A program made the position numbers and the translations under genes. DNA of 64,000 bases from Pseudomonadota bacterium (GTDB lineage: Bacteria; Pseudomonadota; Gammaproteobacteria; Steroidobacterales; Steroidobacteraceae): contig JAKARC010000002.1 in NCBI GenBank assembly GCA_021822385.1, positions 36,352 to 100,351 of the forward strand, read 5' to 3'. The notes below the pieces were generated by a model, which was given only the letters and a program-made list of their open reading frames with translations, ran no database searches and was not told the DNA's origin. Positions 46,550 through 56,145 of this stretch are shown here, piece by piece; position 1 is the stretch's first letter; every line of letters begins with the position of its first letter.

Positions 46550-47448
46550 AGCACCACCTGCCCTTGCTGCGCGAGCCGACCGGAGCGGCCCGGCAGGCAG
46601 CCGGATTCGATACGGCAGCGTGGCAGGCGCGCGCAGTCGAAGGCGGCCGCATAGGTGCCAAGATCAGTCAGTCGCGTTCCGCGAGCGGCCCAACCCTCGA
46701 GCAGGCGCGCAAAGTCCGCACGCAAGGCTCCACCCTCGAGTTCCGCGTGCAGGGTGAACACGTGATCACGCACCGATGCGGTGAGCGTCAGCAAGTGATC
46801 GATCGGGTCGATGCCGCGTAGATCCGCCCGCCCGATGAGTTCATCGAGAGTGGGCAACGTCGTCGGCAGCTGCGGCACTGCGACCTCGCATCCATCGATG
46901 ACGGGAATGAACGGACCGGTACCGCGAGTATCGGAAGCATAGCGGAACCCGGCTTGCGCCTCGAGCGACGGCACGAAGCGATTCACCTGCCAACCGGCTG
47001 CGCCGTGCACCTGCGGCACACGGCCGAAGATCCGTTCAAACTCCGCGCGCGCAAGCCAGAGCTGCCGGCGCGTCCAAGCCGCGCCTGCGCGCGCGACTCC
47101 GTCTTGCCACTTGACGTGATCCCAGGTGTGTACTCCAACCTCGAAACCGCGCGCGGCCACCTCGCGCAGCACTGCTTCGCACCGCCGGCCAATGCGCGGC
47201 CCCGGTAAGAGAACGCCATAGAGCAATGTCCGCAACCCGTAATGACGCAGCACCGAAGTCCGTTGCACCTTGGCGAGAAAGCCGCGCCGCAGCACCCTCT
47301 TGATCGCCCTGCCTGTGTGATCCGGCCCCAGGCTGAACAAAAACGTCGCCCGCGCCCCGACCTTCTCAAGCGCCGCCATGAGGCTCGGCACACCCTCGAG
47401 CGTCCCCCGATACGTATCGACATCGACCTTCAGCGCAATGGTGCTCAT
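46546..47448 (-). CDS. arnD: 4-deoxy-4-formamido-L-arabinose-phosphoundecaprenol deformylase
   Basis: 300 aa from MSTIALKVDVDTYRGTLEGVPSLMAALEKVGARATFLFSLGPD, which parallels the E. coli ArnD N-terminus. NodB-type deacetylase fold. Confidence 0.85.
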   Translation of the reverse strand: MSTIALKVDVDTYRGTLEGVPSLMAALEKVGARATFLFSLGPDHTGRAIKRVLRRGFLAKVQRTSVLRHYGLRTLLYGVLLPGPRIGRRCEAVLREVAARGFEVGVHTWDHVKWQDGVARAGAAWTRRQLWLARAEFERIFGRVPQVHGAAGWQVNRFVPSLEAQAGFRYASDTRGTGPFIPVIDGCEVAVPQLPTTLPTLDELIGRADLRGIDPIDHLLTLTASVRDHVFTLHAELEGGALRADFARLLEGWAARGTRLTDLGTYAAAFDCARLPRCRIESGCLPGRSGRLAQQGQVVL

Positions 47449-47467
47449 CGATGCCCTGCGTCGACCC

Positions 47468-48394
47468 TCACGCGAGTCGCTGCGGCCGCGCTTCCCACTG
47501 CCGTGCCAGATGCGCCAGGTCCAACGGACCGCGCTGGTCAGCCGCCGCCAAGATCCGCAGGGTGCCCTGCCCGCATGCCGCATAGCACACGCCATCGCAG
47601 CCGTACAGCCGCGGTGTGCCAGTTGCATCGCGCCGGGACGACTCGACACGAGTGCGGTGAATCCACACGCGCTGGTGATCGATCTCGGTGAATGCGCCCG
47701 GAAACGGCGGCGCCACCGCGCGCACGAGATTATGGATGCGTTCGGCGGGCCAGTTCCAGTCGATCCGTCCGTCCTCCGGCCGGCGCCGCCCGAAGTACTG
47801 ACCTGCGACGATGGGTTGTGCACGCCGCGGCGCAGTGCCGGCGAGCAACCCCGGCAGCGAACGCACGAGAACGATCTCCGCGGCAACGGTGACCTTTGCA
47901 TACACCTCGCGTGCATCGTCGTCGGCGAGAATCGGCACCGCCATCTGATCGACGATGTCGCCAGCATCGGCCCGCGCGACCATCTCGTGCAGGGTCGCTC
48001 CGGTTTCACGTTCCCCGTTCACGATCGCCCAGTTCACAGGCGCCCGTCCGCGGTACTTCGGCAGCAGCGAGCCGTGCATATTGAACGCGCCGCGGCGCGC
48101 GCAGCCGAGGACGTCGGCCGGAAGCAATGCCCGGTAGTAGAACGAGAACAGAAAGTCAGGCGCAAGCGTCGCGAGCCGCTCGACGAGGCATGTCGCCTCC
48201 GGTCGCTCCGGCACGATCACCTCGATGCCATAGCCACGGGCCACCTCGGCCACACTCGCAAACCAGCGGTTCTCAAGCGGGTCGTCGGCGACGGTGACCA
48301 CCAGTGGCACCTCCACTCGCGCGCTGAGCAGGGCCTGCAAGCAGCGCACGCCAACGTCGTGGTAGCCGAAGACGACGGCGCGCGCACCGCTCAC
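47468..48394 (-). CDS. arnA: UDP-4-amino-4-deoxy-L-arabinose formyltransferase (stand-alone ArnA N-terminal domain)
   Basis: 308 aa with the formyltransferase motif NMHGSLLPKYRGRAPVNWAI. The GTG start overlaps the arnC stop (GTGA). Confidence 0.85.
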   Translation of the reverse strand: MSGARAVVFGYHDVGVRCLQALLSARVEVPLVVTVADDPLENRWFASVAEVARGYGIEVIVPERPEATCLVERLATLAPDFLFSFYYRALLPADVLGCARRGAFNMHGSLLPKYRGRAPVNWAIVNGERETGATLHEMVARADAGDIVDQMAVPILADDDAREVYAKVTVAAEIVLVRSLPGLLAGTAPRRAQPIVAGQYFGRRRPEDGRIDWNWPAERIHNLVRAVAPPFPGAFTEIDHQRVWIHRTRVESSRRDATGTPRLYGCDGVCYAACGQGTLRILAAADQRGPLDLAHLARQWEARPQRLA

Positions 48395-49455
48395 GGCGTA
48401 TGGCCCGGTTCGTGCTCGGCGCGTAACATTTGGCGGTGGTTTTGCACCCTATTGGACCGCGGCTCGAGAAGCTCCTCGCTCCGTCGCTGCGGATCGCCGC
48501 CGGCGGCCGGCCGTAGCCCGGCCGCCTCGCTCTCAAGAATGGTGGTGATCGTATAGCGCGGCCGCTGTCGCACCTGCTCGTAGATGCGTCCGACGTACTC
48601 GCCCATCACCCCGACACTCACCAGCAACACCCCGATGAAGAAGAATGCCAGCCCGAACAGCGTAAACACGCCCTGCACCTCCGGACCGATGAAGATGCGC
48701 TGCACCGCCAGCACGACCACAAAGGCGAGGGATATCAGCGCGACCACCATGCCGAGCATGGTGATGAACTGCAGCGGGACCAGCGAGAAGCCCGTCATCA
48801 GATCGAAGTTCAGGCGGATCAGCCGGTAGAGCGAGTATTTCGACTGGCCCGCAGCGCGCTGCGAGTGTTCCACCTCGATCTCCACCGGATGACGGGCGAA
48901 TGTATAGGCAAGCGCCGGCACGAAGGTGCTCACTTCCAGGCAGCCGTTGATGGCCTCGACGACCGTCCGGTGATACCCGCGCAGCATGCACCCTTGATCA
49001 CTGATACGGATCCGCGTGGTCCGTTCGCGCAGCCGATTCATGAGCCGGGAGGCGGCCTTGCGCCAAAACGCATCATGGCGCCGTGCCCGCACCGTACCGA
49101 CATAATCGGCGCCCTGATCCAGAGCAGTGACGAGCTTAGCGATCTCTTCCGGGGGATTTTGCAGATCCGCATCCAAGGTAATGATGTAATCGCCGCGGGT
49201 ATGCGCAAAGCCGGCAAGAATCGCCATGTGCTGGCCGGCGTTGTGCGTCAGCAGCACCACACGCGTGCGGTCCGCCCGCCGCTCAAACAGCTGACGCAGA
49301 ATCGCCGCGGATCGATCGGTACTGCCGTCGTCGACGAAAATGACCTCGTAGCCACGCCCCAGCGCATCGAGCGCCGGATACAACCGCTCCGCCAGCGCCT
49401 CGAGCCCCGCTTCCTCGTTGTAAACCGGGATGACAACGGACACTGTCGCACTCAT
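48391..49455 (-). CDS. arnC: undecaprenyl-phosphate 4-deoxy-4-formamido-L-arabinose transferase (GT2)
   Basis: 354 aa. The GT2 motifs VVIPVYNEE and FVDDGSTD are present, with two C-terminal TM helices. It shares an ATGA overlap with arnB. Confidence 0.85.
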   Translation of the reverse strand: MSATVSVVIPVYNEEAGLEALAERLYPALDALGRGYEVIFVDDGSTDRSAAILRQLFERRADRTRVVLLTHNAGQHMAILAGFAHTRGDYIITLDADLQNPPEEIAKLVTALDQGADYVGTVRARRHDAFWRKAASRLMNRLRERTTRIRISDQGCMLRGYHRTVVEAINGCLEVSTFVPALAYTFARHPVEIEVEHSQRAAGQSKYSLYRLIRLNFDLMTGFSLVPLQFITMLGMVVALISLAFVVVLAVQRIFIGPEVQGVFTLFGLAFFFIGVLLVSVGVMGEYVGRIYEQVRQRPRYTITTILESEAAGLRPAAGGDPQRRSEELLEPRSNRVQNHRQMLRAEHEPGHTP

Positions 49456-50579
49456 CGCATTGCCTCGCGCAGCACTGCGTTGACCGCCGTGACCACACGC
49501 TCGGGATCCGAGTCGCTCATCGCCGGGAACAGCGGCAGTGTGACGGTTTCCCGGCCGATGCGCTCGGCGTTTGGAAACTCACCGTCGTGATGGCCGAGTG
49601 CACGATAGGCACTGAACAGATGAATTGCCGGATAATGCACCCCAATGCCAATGCCGCGCGCGGCCATCGCCGCAATGAATTCCGCCCGGCTGATACGCAT
49701 GCGCTCAAGCGGGAGCAGGACGGCGAACATGTGCCAGTTGTGTCCGGCATCGCCGCGCGCCGGCAGGCGCAGTGGCGGCGCATCGGCCCACAGCTCGAAG
49801 TAACGGGCCGCAAGCGCGCGGCGGCGGGCCGTGAAGCCCTCGAGTTGACGCAATTGCCCGAGCCCGACGCAGGCGGCGACATCGGTCAAGTTGGCCTTAC
49901 CGCCAGCGAAATACGTCTCGCATTGATCGGGCGCGAGCCGCACCTGGCCGTGAAAACGATGCAGTTCGAGCGCACGCACTTCTTCGCTCGAGCCGCCGAC
50001 CACCGCCCCGCCCTCGATCGAGGTGATGTTTTTGTTGGGATGGAAGCTGAAGCAGACAAGATCACCGCTGCTGCCGATGCGCCGGCCGCGGTAACTTGCG
50101 CCCATCGCCTGGGCCGCGTCCTCGATGACACGCAGGCGGTAGCGCGTCGCGAGTGCATGGATCCGATCGAGATCAACCGGCAGCCCCGACAGGTGCACCG
50201 GCATGATCGCGCGTGTGCGCGGACTGATCGCCGCCTCCGCTGCATCGATATCTATCGAGCGCGTATCGAGATCCACGTCGACGAACACGGGACGTGCGCC
50301 GGTTCGGACCACGACATTTGCGCTCGCCACGAAGCTCATGGCCGGCACGATCACCTCGTCGCCGGCGCCAATGCCGCACGCCAGCAATGCGTGCTCAAGA
50401 CTGGCCGTGGCTGAGGTCTGGGTGCGCACCGGCCGTCCGCCGCAATACTGTGAAAGCGCCGCCTCGAACTGCGCGACCTTCGGCCCACTGGCGAGCCAGC
50501 CGGAGCGCAGCACTTCGGCGACCTCGGCAATGGTCTGCTCATCGATGCTCGGACGGGTGAAGGGCAAGAAGGAACTCAT
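49452..50579 (-). CDS. arnB: UDP-4-amino-4-deoxy-L-arabinose--oxoglutarate aminotransferase (DegT/DnrJ/EryC1 family)
   Basis: 375 aa from MSSFLPFTRPSIDEQTI. The PLP-lysine region is SFHPNKNITSIEGG. Confidence 0.9.
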   Translation of the reverse strand: MSSFLPFTRPSIDEQTIAEVAEVLRSGWLASGPKVAQFEAALSQYCGGRPVRTQTSATASLEHALLACGIGAGDEVIVPAMSFVASANVVVRTGARPVFVDVDLDTRSIDIDAAEAAISPRTRAIMPVHLSGLPVDLDRIHALATRYRLRVIEDAAQAMGASYRGRRIGSSGDLVCFSFHPNKNITSIEGGAVVGGSSEEVRALELHRFHGQVRLAPDQCETYFAGGKANLTDVAACVGLGQLRQLEGFTARRRALAARYFELWADAPPLRLPARGDAGHNWHMFAVLLPLERMRISRAEFIAAMAARGIGIGVHYPAIHLFSAYRALGHHDGEFPNAERIGRETVTLPLFPAMSDSDPERVVTAVNAVLREAMR

Positions 50580-50583
50580 AGCC

Positions 50584-50955
50584 TCAGGAACGCGCCACCA
50601 GCACCACACCAAAGATGATCACGACGATGCCCGCCACACGCTCGAGGTTCGGCACCTCGCCGAGCAGCCACCATGCCAGGCCCACGTTGATGATGTAGCC
50701 GAGCGAGAGCATCGGATACGCCTGGGTCACCGGCACTCGGGATAGACCGACCACCCAGACGATCAGCGACACGCCGTAGCACCCCACCGCGAACCACAGC
50801 CACGGAACATACGCGAGTTCGAGCAGTCGTTTCGTGACATTGACACCCTGCCCGAACAACGCACCAGTGTCATCGGTGGCCGCTTTTAGACCAAGCTGTG
50901 CCACCGCGTTCAAAAGCACGCCACCGAAGAGAAAGCCGAACACCGACCACTTCAT
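50584..50955 (-). CDS. SMR/EamA-like small membrane protein, ArnE/ArnF-type L-Ara4N-undecaprenyl-phosphate flippase subunit
   Basis: 123 aa with four predicted TM helices. The call rests on its position between arnT and arnB. It shares an ATGA overlap with arnT. Confidence 0.65.
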   Translation of the reverse strand: MKWSVFGFLFGGVLLNAVAQLGLKAATDDTGALFGQGVNVTKRLLELAYVPWLWFAVGCYGVSLIVWVVGLSRVPVTQAYPMLSLGYIINVGLAWWLLGEVPNLERVAGIVVIIFGVVLVARS

Positions 50956-52598
50956 GAGCGGCGGACCGCCACCGTGAAGCTGTCGCGCGCAATCACATGT
51001 CCCGGGAGGCCTTCCTTACGATACCGCCGCCATACGGGCAACCCGAAGAACGCGACAGCATTATGACTGGCATCCCACTCGCGCACGAACTGCGAGGGTG
51101 TCGCGGTCATTAGGCCCGGTTGCAGCTTCTCCCCATAACCGAGCTCTCCGGAATAGCCCACGAGTGTGAGCAACCGGCCGAGGTACGGCGGAATCGTCTG
51201 CCGATATTGACCGACACTGAATAGCTTGGTGCGGCGATGAACGAAGGGCTTGACCTGCTGCACCAGTTGATACGCCGAACGGGACGGCGGAATCACCGTG
51301 TATTCGCACAGCAGTGCCTGCCAGACGAAGATGAACATTGCCACCATCACGAACACCCCGACCGGCGTGCGCTCCGTGACCACCTCGCTCGCCGCCCGTG
51401 GCCCGGTCCCAGCGGCAATCGCAGCCGCCACAACCGCCGCGACCGCCCAGAGAATCGCCGCTTCGGGAATGAAGCCATTGCGGTGATGCGAGTAGACGAG
51501 CAGCCCCGCGGCCACAAATACCGCGAGCCCCGCTGCAACCCAGGTTGCGCGAGCAAGCCCGCCGGGGCGGCGCACGAGATACACGCCGGTGAGCGCCGCC
51601 AGCGGCGGAAACATCGGCAGGATGTAGGTCGCGAGCTTCGAATCCGAAAACGAGAAGAAGATCAGCGTCAGCACGGCGTACAGCAACAGAAACTTCAATG
51701 GCTTGAAGTGCGCGACCGGCCCGGGGTCGGACCAGGACGAGCGCGCCGCGCGCGCGAGCGGAATGAGCCACGCGAACGCCCCAATCACCAGGATTACGAT
51801 GAAGTAGTACCAGGGCTCGATGCGCCTCTCCCGATTGGTGAGGAAGCGCTCGAAGTGCTGCACGATGAAAAAATAATGCGGAAAAGTCGGGTTGCGCAGC
51901 GATACCAGTACCAGCCAGGGTGCCGCTATCGCGACCATCAGCGGCACGCCGAGTGCGGCATGCAGGCGCCGCCACGGGCGCCCGTCACGCTCGAGGACGG
52001 TATAGCCGATGAGCGCAAGACCGGCGAGCACGTACACCTCGAGTCCCTTGGTGAGCAACGCGAGCGCCGCCATTGCCCAGGACAGGAGCATCCAATTGCG
52101 CTCCGCGCCGGAGCCCGGTTCGGCGCACTGGGCGCGCGTGAATGCAAGCACCATCGCCGTCAGCCAGAAACACAGGCCCGCATCGAGCAGGTCGAGATGC
52201 CCAACAATGCCGAAGTATGGACTCATGGCAAGCAACGCCACGGCCGCAAGCGCCGAGCGGCGGTCGTACAGCCGCGCAAGCCATGCATAGATCAGCAGCA
52301 GACAACCAAATCCGAGCCCGACCGTCCACAGCCGCGAGGTGAGGTTGCCCACCCCGAATACCGAGTAGATCGCCGCACTCGCCCAGTACTGCAACGCGGG
52401 CTTCTCGAAATATTTCAGGCCATCGAGCCGCGGCGTCACCCAGTTGCCGGTGACGAGCATCTCGCGCGGAATCTCGGCATAACGGCCTTCGTCCGGATCG
52501 AGCATGGGCCGGATCTGCATGGTGGCGAACCACACCACCGCCAGCACGACCCACGCCCACCACCTGAGTCTTCCGGCGCGTGTGTGCGCAGTGCTCAT
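50952..52598 (-). CDS. arnT: 4-amino-4-deoxy-L-arabinose lipid A transferase (GT39/GT83-type)
   Basis: 548 aa polytopic membrane protein. The N-terminal PDEGRYAEIPREM...KYFEKPALQYW pattern is typical of ArnT/PMT glycosyltransferases. Confidence 0.88.
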   Translation of the reverse strand: MSTAHTRAGRLRWWAWVVLAVVWFATMQIRPMLDPDEGRYAEIPREMLVTGNWVTPRLDGLKYFEKPALQYWASAAIYSVFGVGNLTSRLWTVGLGFGCLLLIYAWLARLYDRRSALAAVALLAMSPYFGIVGHLDLLDAGLCFWLTAMVLAFTRAQCAEPGSGAERNWMLLSWAMAALALLTKGLEVYVLAGLALIGYTVLERDGRPWRRLHAALGVPLMVAIAAPWLVLVSLRNPTFPHYFFIVQHFERFLTNRERRIEPWYYFIVILVIGAFAWLIPLARAARSSWSDPGPVAHFKPLKFLLLYAVLTLIFFSFSDSKLATYILPMFPPLAALTGVYLVRRPGGLARATWVAAGLAVFVAAGLLVYSHHRNGFIPEAAILWAVAAVVAAAIAAGTGPRAASEVVTERTPVGVFVMVAMFIFVWQALLCEYTVIPPSRSAYQLVQQVKPFVHRRTKLFSVGQYRQTIPPYLGRLLTLVGYSGELGYGEKLQPGLMTATPSQFVREWDASHNAVAFFGLPVWRRYRKEGLPGHVIARDSFTVAVRRS

Positions 52599-52626
52599 CG
52601 TCGCTCTCCGTGGAACCGGCGTGTGC

Positions 52627-53691
52627 CTACAGTCCGCTCACCGCCGCATTGAGGGGATTGAAGCTGCCGATCTTGACGTAGAAGTCGATCGTCCGGCGGA
52701 TGGCGGTATCGAGATCCGTATGCGGCTGCCAGCCGAGGTCGCGACGGGCAGCCTCTATGGCCGGCACGCGCACCTGAATGTCCTGGTAATACTTGCCGTA
52801 GTACTCGCCAGCGGAAACGTCGATGATCTCTGTGCTTTTGGCGGCCTCGCGCAGCTCCGGAAACTCCTGCGCGATGCGGATGGTGCGTTCGGCAAGCTCG
52901 CGTATCGAAACGCAATTGTCTGGATTGCCAATATTGAAAATGCGGCGCGTCGCTCGTCCACCGCTGTTCTCGATGATGGTCAGCAGGCACTCCATGGCGT
53001 CATCAATGTAGGTGAATGAGCGCTTCTGCAGCCCCCCATCGACCAGTTTGAACGGCCGGCGATAGAGCACGTTGGAGAGAAATTGCGTAAACACCCGCGA
53101 ACTACCCTCCTTGGGCTCCTCGATGTTATCGAGATTCGGGCCGATGAAATTGAACGGCCGGAACAGCGTGTAATCCAGGCTGTCGCGCACCCCATAGGCG
53201 TAAATCACCCGATCGAGCAGTTGCTTGGAGGCAGCGTAAATCCAGCGTTGCTTGTTGATCGGACCGTAAACCAGCGGACTCGTCTCCTCATCCAGCACCG
53301 CATCGGGGGACATGCCGTAAAGCTCGGATGTCGAGGGGAAAATCAGACGCTTGCCGTACTTGACGCAGTGACGCACCACGGCGAGGTTCGCCTCGAAATC
53401 GAGCTCGAAAACCCGCAGCGGATGCGTGACGTACTGCGCCGGGTTGGCAATTGCGACCAACGGCACGACCACGTCGCACTTCTTGACATGATACTCGACC
53501 CATTCCTTGTTGATGGTGATGTCACCTTCGACGAAGTGGAAGCGCCGCTCGCGCGGCAGCTCACCGAGCTTGTTGTCGCTGAGGTCAATCCCGTAGACCT
53601 CCCAGTCGCGCTCGCGCAGAATCGCATTCGTGAGCGCGCTGCCGATGAAGCCGTTCGCCCCGAGAATCATGATCTTCAGTGCCATGGACAC
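52627..53691 (-). CDS. arnA: UDP-glucuronate oxidative decarboxylase (stand-alone ArnA C-terminal domain; SDR family)
   Basis: 354 aa. Contains ILGANGFIGSAL (Rossmann fold), FPSTSELYG and YAASK (SDR catalytic motif). It resembles the ArnA dehydrogenase domain. Confidence 0.88.
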   Translation of the reverse strand: MSMALKIMILGANGFIGSALTNAILRERDWEVYGIDLSDNKLGELPRERRFHFVEGDITINKEWVEYHVKKCDVVVPLVAIANPAQYVTHPLRVFELDFEANLAVVRHCVKYGKRLIFPSTSELYGMSPDAVLDEETSPLVYGPINKQRWIYAASKQLLDRVIYAYGVRDSLDYTLFRPFNFIGPNLDNIEEPKEGSSRVFTQFLSNVLYRRPFKLVDGGLQKRSFTYIDDAMECLLTIIENSGGRATRRIFNIGNPDNCVSIRELAERTIRIAQEFPELREAAKSTEIIDVSAGEYYGKYYQDIQVRVPAIEAARRDLGWQPHTDLDTAIRRTIDFYVKIGSFNPLNAAVSGL

Positions 53692-53778
53692 CCTTCGTGC
53701 CGCCTGTCCGGGCGACGCATAAAAACCGGATTTTACCAGCTTCGCGCCGGCACGCGCACCGACTTGAACCGCACGCGC

Positions 53779-54459
53779 CTAGAACCGCAATCCCACCGTG
53801 ATCGGCACGAACTCAGTCGGCTGAGAAGTCTGAATCCGCTCATAGCGCGCCTCGACGAACAGCGTCTCGCCGTCGCTCAGCGCGAAATCAAGACCAGCGC
53901 CCGCATTCCACGTGAAGCGCGTGCTCGAGCCGCTCGCCACCTCGACCTGTCCCGGTACGAGCCCATACGCGCAATAACCAAACCACGGGTCGCACAGGTA
54001 GCTGCCAAACGCAAGTGTCTGCGTGAGCCCCACATGCATATGCGCCACGCCGATTCCCACCAGCGTAAAACCGGTGATGCTCCGCGTCACCGGCACTCGG
54101 TACTCGGCATCGACGTTCAGACCGATCACGTCACCATAACCGCCGTCAATCTGGGTCTGGTCCGCCGCTTCGTTGATTGCAATGAGGTTGCGCGTGGCGT
54201 TGAACTGGGTAAAGTCGAGGTCGGCGCGCAAGGCAATCGGCAGCGTGGGCCGCGGCTGCCAGGTGAGCCCGCCGCCGAAGGTCCACCCGCCCTGGAAATA
54301 CTGCGAGGTCGTGCCAATGGTCGGACTGTATCCGACATCGAAGTGCCAATGCACCGGCTGCACCGGCGCGAAGGTTTGCTCATAGTACGTCTGGGCCGAC
54401 GCGCGCGCCGAGAGGCCGAGGAAGACCAACGCTCCCATCGCACAAAGATAACGTTTCAT
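53779..54459 (-). CDS. outer-membrane beta-barrel protein
   Basis: 226 aa. It has a signal peptide (MKRYLCAMGALVFLGLSARASA-Q), an alternating-hydrophobic beta-strand pattern and the terminal ...VGLRF with a C-terminal Phe. A strong AAGGAG SD is present. Confidence 0.75.
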   Translation of the reverse strand: MKRYLCAMGALVFLGLSARASAQTYYEQTFAPVQPVHWHFDVGYSPTIGTTSQYFQGGWTFGGGLTWQPRPTLPIALRADLDFTQFNATRNLIAINEAADQTQIDGGYGDVIGLNVDAEYRVPVTRSITGFTLVGIGVAHMHVGLTQTLAFGSYLCDPWFGYCAYGLVPGQVEVASGSSTRFTWNAGAGLDFALSDGETLFVEARYERIQTSQPTEFVPITVGLRF

Positions 54460-54525
54460 GAATTCAACTCCTTAAATAGCGCCACCTCAAGCCGCAGCCA
54501 CTCGTCCAACCGGAGCGCACCGCGC

Positions 54526-56145
54526 TCAGGCGGCGTGCAGCTTACGCTTGACCAAGTGCGTGATGTCACGCATCTCTTCGATGCCGAACAGCAGCGCACA
54601 TCCAAAGAACGCACCGATGCCTGTTACGATGACCAGCATCAGCGCTCCGAGTTTCGGCCAGAACGCCTGCGCCGGCCAATTGGCGAGCAGCCAGTGCGAG
54701 CCGCCCCAGCAAATGAGCGCAAGCACCGCGCACGCGCCACTCAGCTTGACCATCAGCTTGAGCATCGCGCGCGACTCGAGGCGACCGATGTATCGGCGCA
54801 TCAGAGCATACAGCACCAGGAAATTCGTGCTAGCCACGCACGCGGTCGACAAGGCAAGCCCCTGCACGCCCCAGTGCAATTGCTGCGTCGTGAACCAGCA
54901 CAGCAGCGCGTTCAACCCCATGGCGCACAGGCTCACCACCATCGGCGTCTTGCGCCGGTCAATGGCGTAAAAGGCATTGACAAGCACCTTCAGCGCCGCA
55001 TAGCCGCCAAGGCCAACCGCGTACAGGCGCAGCGCTCCGGCTGTCTCGAGCGCATCGTGCGCGCTGAAGCGACCGTGTTGGTAAAGCACCGAGACGATCG
55101 GACCGGCGAGCATGATCAGGCCGATTGCCGCCGGCAGGGTCATCAGCAGAACCATGCGCAGGCCGCGGGCGAGTTCGGTGCGAAATCCGTCGTGATTGCC
55201 GGCCGCGGCCATTCTCGAGAGCATCGGCAGAGCAACCGTACCGAGAGCCACCCCGAACATTCCCAGCGGGAACTGCATCAGGCGAAACGCGTACTGCAGC
55301 CAGGTAATCGGTCCATTGCCGAGCAGCGAGGCGAAACCGGAATTGACCACCACATTGACCTGCACGGAGCTCGCGGCGATCAGCGACGGACCCATGATCA
55401 GCAATATGGCTTTGACCCTCGAATCGCGCCAGCGGAAGTCCGGGCGGAAACGATAGCCAAACCGGCGCAGCCGCGGCAATTGCACGCCAAGCTGCAGCAG
55501 TCCACCGATGAGGGTGCCAATGGCCAGTCCCACCGTCGCCCTGGGACCGAAGCGCGGATCGAGCCACCAACCGAGCCCCGCCCCCGCGATGATGGTACCC
55601 AAATTGAAAAACGAAGACGCCAGCGCCGGAATGCCGAACACATTGCGCGAGTTCAACATGCCCATGACCAACGCCGCGAGCGAGACGATCAGGATGAACG
55701 GATACATGATCCGCGCCAATTCGACCGTGAGAGCGGCTTTGGCCGGACTGAATCCCCAGCCCAGCATCGCCACGAGCCATGGCGCAAGCGCAATGCCGAG
55801 CAGCACGACCAGACTGATCGCGATCACGGCCAGCGTGAGCACCTTGTTGGCCAGCTGCCAGGCGGACTGCTCGCCCTCACGGAGCAGTGTTTTGCTGAAG
55901 GTCGTTACGAAGGCGGTCGACAAGGCGCCTTCGCCCACCAGATCGCGCAGTAAGTTCGGAATACGAAAGGCGGTGATGTAAGCATCCATCAGACGCCCGC
56001 CGCCAAACAACGCGCCGAAGACGATCAGGCGCACCAAACCGAGCACCCGGCTGCACAGCACCGCAAGGGCGATGAGAGCGGCGCCACGGGTATTGAGTCT
56101 CTCCCCCGGCGCGCTCACAGGCACGGGACGTTCCGTCGCGACCAT
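54526..56145 (-). CDS. murJ: lipid II flippase MurJ (MviN)
   Basis: 539 aa from ATG 56145. SRVLGLVRLIVFGALFGGGRLMDAYITAFRIPNLLRDLVGEGALSTAFV is typical of MurJ. Polytopic membrane protein. Confidence 0.9.
   Translation of the reverse strand: MVATERPVPVSAPGERLNTRGAALIALAVLCSRVLGLVRLIVFGALFGGGRLMDAYITAFRIPNLLRDLVGEGALSTAFVTTFSKTLLREGEQSAWQLANKVLTLAVIAISLVVLLGIALAPWLVAMLGWGFSPAKAALTVELARIMYPFILIVSLAALVMGMLNSRNVFGIPALASSFFNLGTIIAGAGLGWWLDPRFGPRATVGLAIGTLIGGLLQLGVQLPRLRRFGYRFRPDFRWRDSRVKAILLIMGPSLIAASSVQVNVVVNSGFASLLGNGPITWLQYAFRLMQFPLGMFGVALGTVALPMLSRMAAAGNHDGFRTELARGLRMVLLMTLPAAIGLIMLAGPIVSVLYQHGRFSAHDALETAGALRLYAVGLGGYAALKVLVNAFYAIDRRKTPMVVSLCAMGLNALLCWFTTQQLHWGVQGLALSTACVASTNFLVLYALMRRYIGRLESRAMLKLMVKLSGACAVLALICWGGSHWLLANWPAQAFWPKLGALMLVIVTGIGAFFGCALLFGIEEMRDITHLVKRKLHAA

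Noticed and set aside
53779-54459. The OMP next to the arn operon, considered as a lipid A-modifying barrel (PagL or PagP).
   Set aside because: I could not find the His-x-Ser-Asn type catalytic motif of PagL or any resemblance to PagP. It looks like a generic small beta-barrel OMP. I kept it only as a member of the neighbourhood hypothesis.
53083-55953. A 956-aa ORF on the plus strand, the longest ORF in the track.
   Set aside because: It runs antisense through arnA-decarboxylase, the OMP and murJ. All three have clear family motifs, signal peptides or TM patterns on the minus strand. Its translation is Arg/His/Gln/Asp-rich low-complexity sequence with no recognisable motif. Long stop-free antisense frames are expected in GC-rich DNA.
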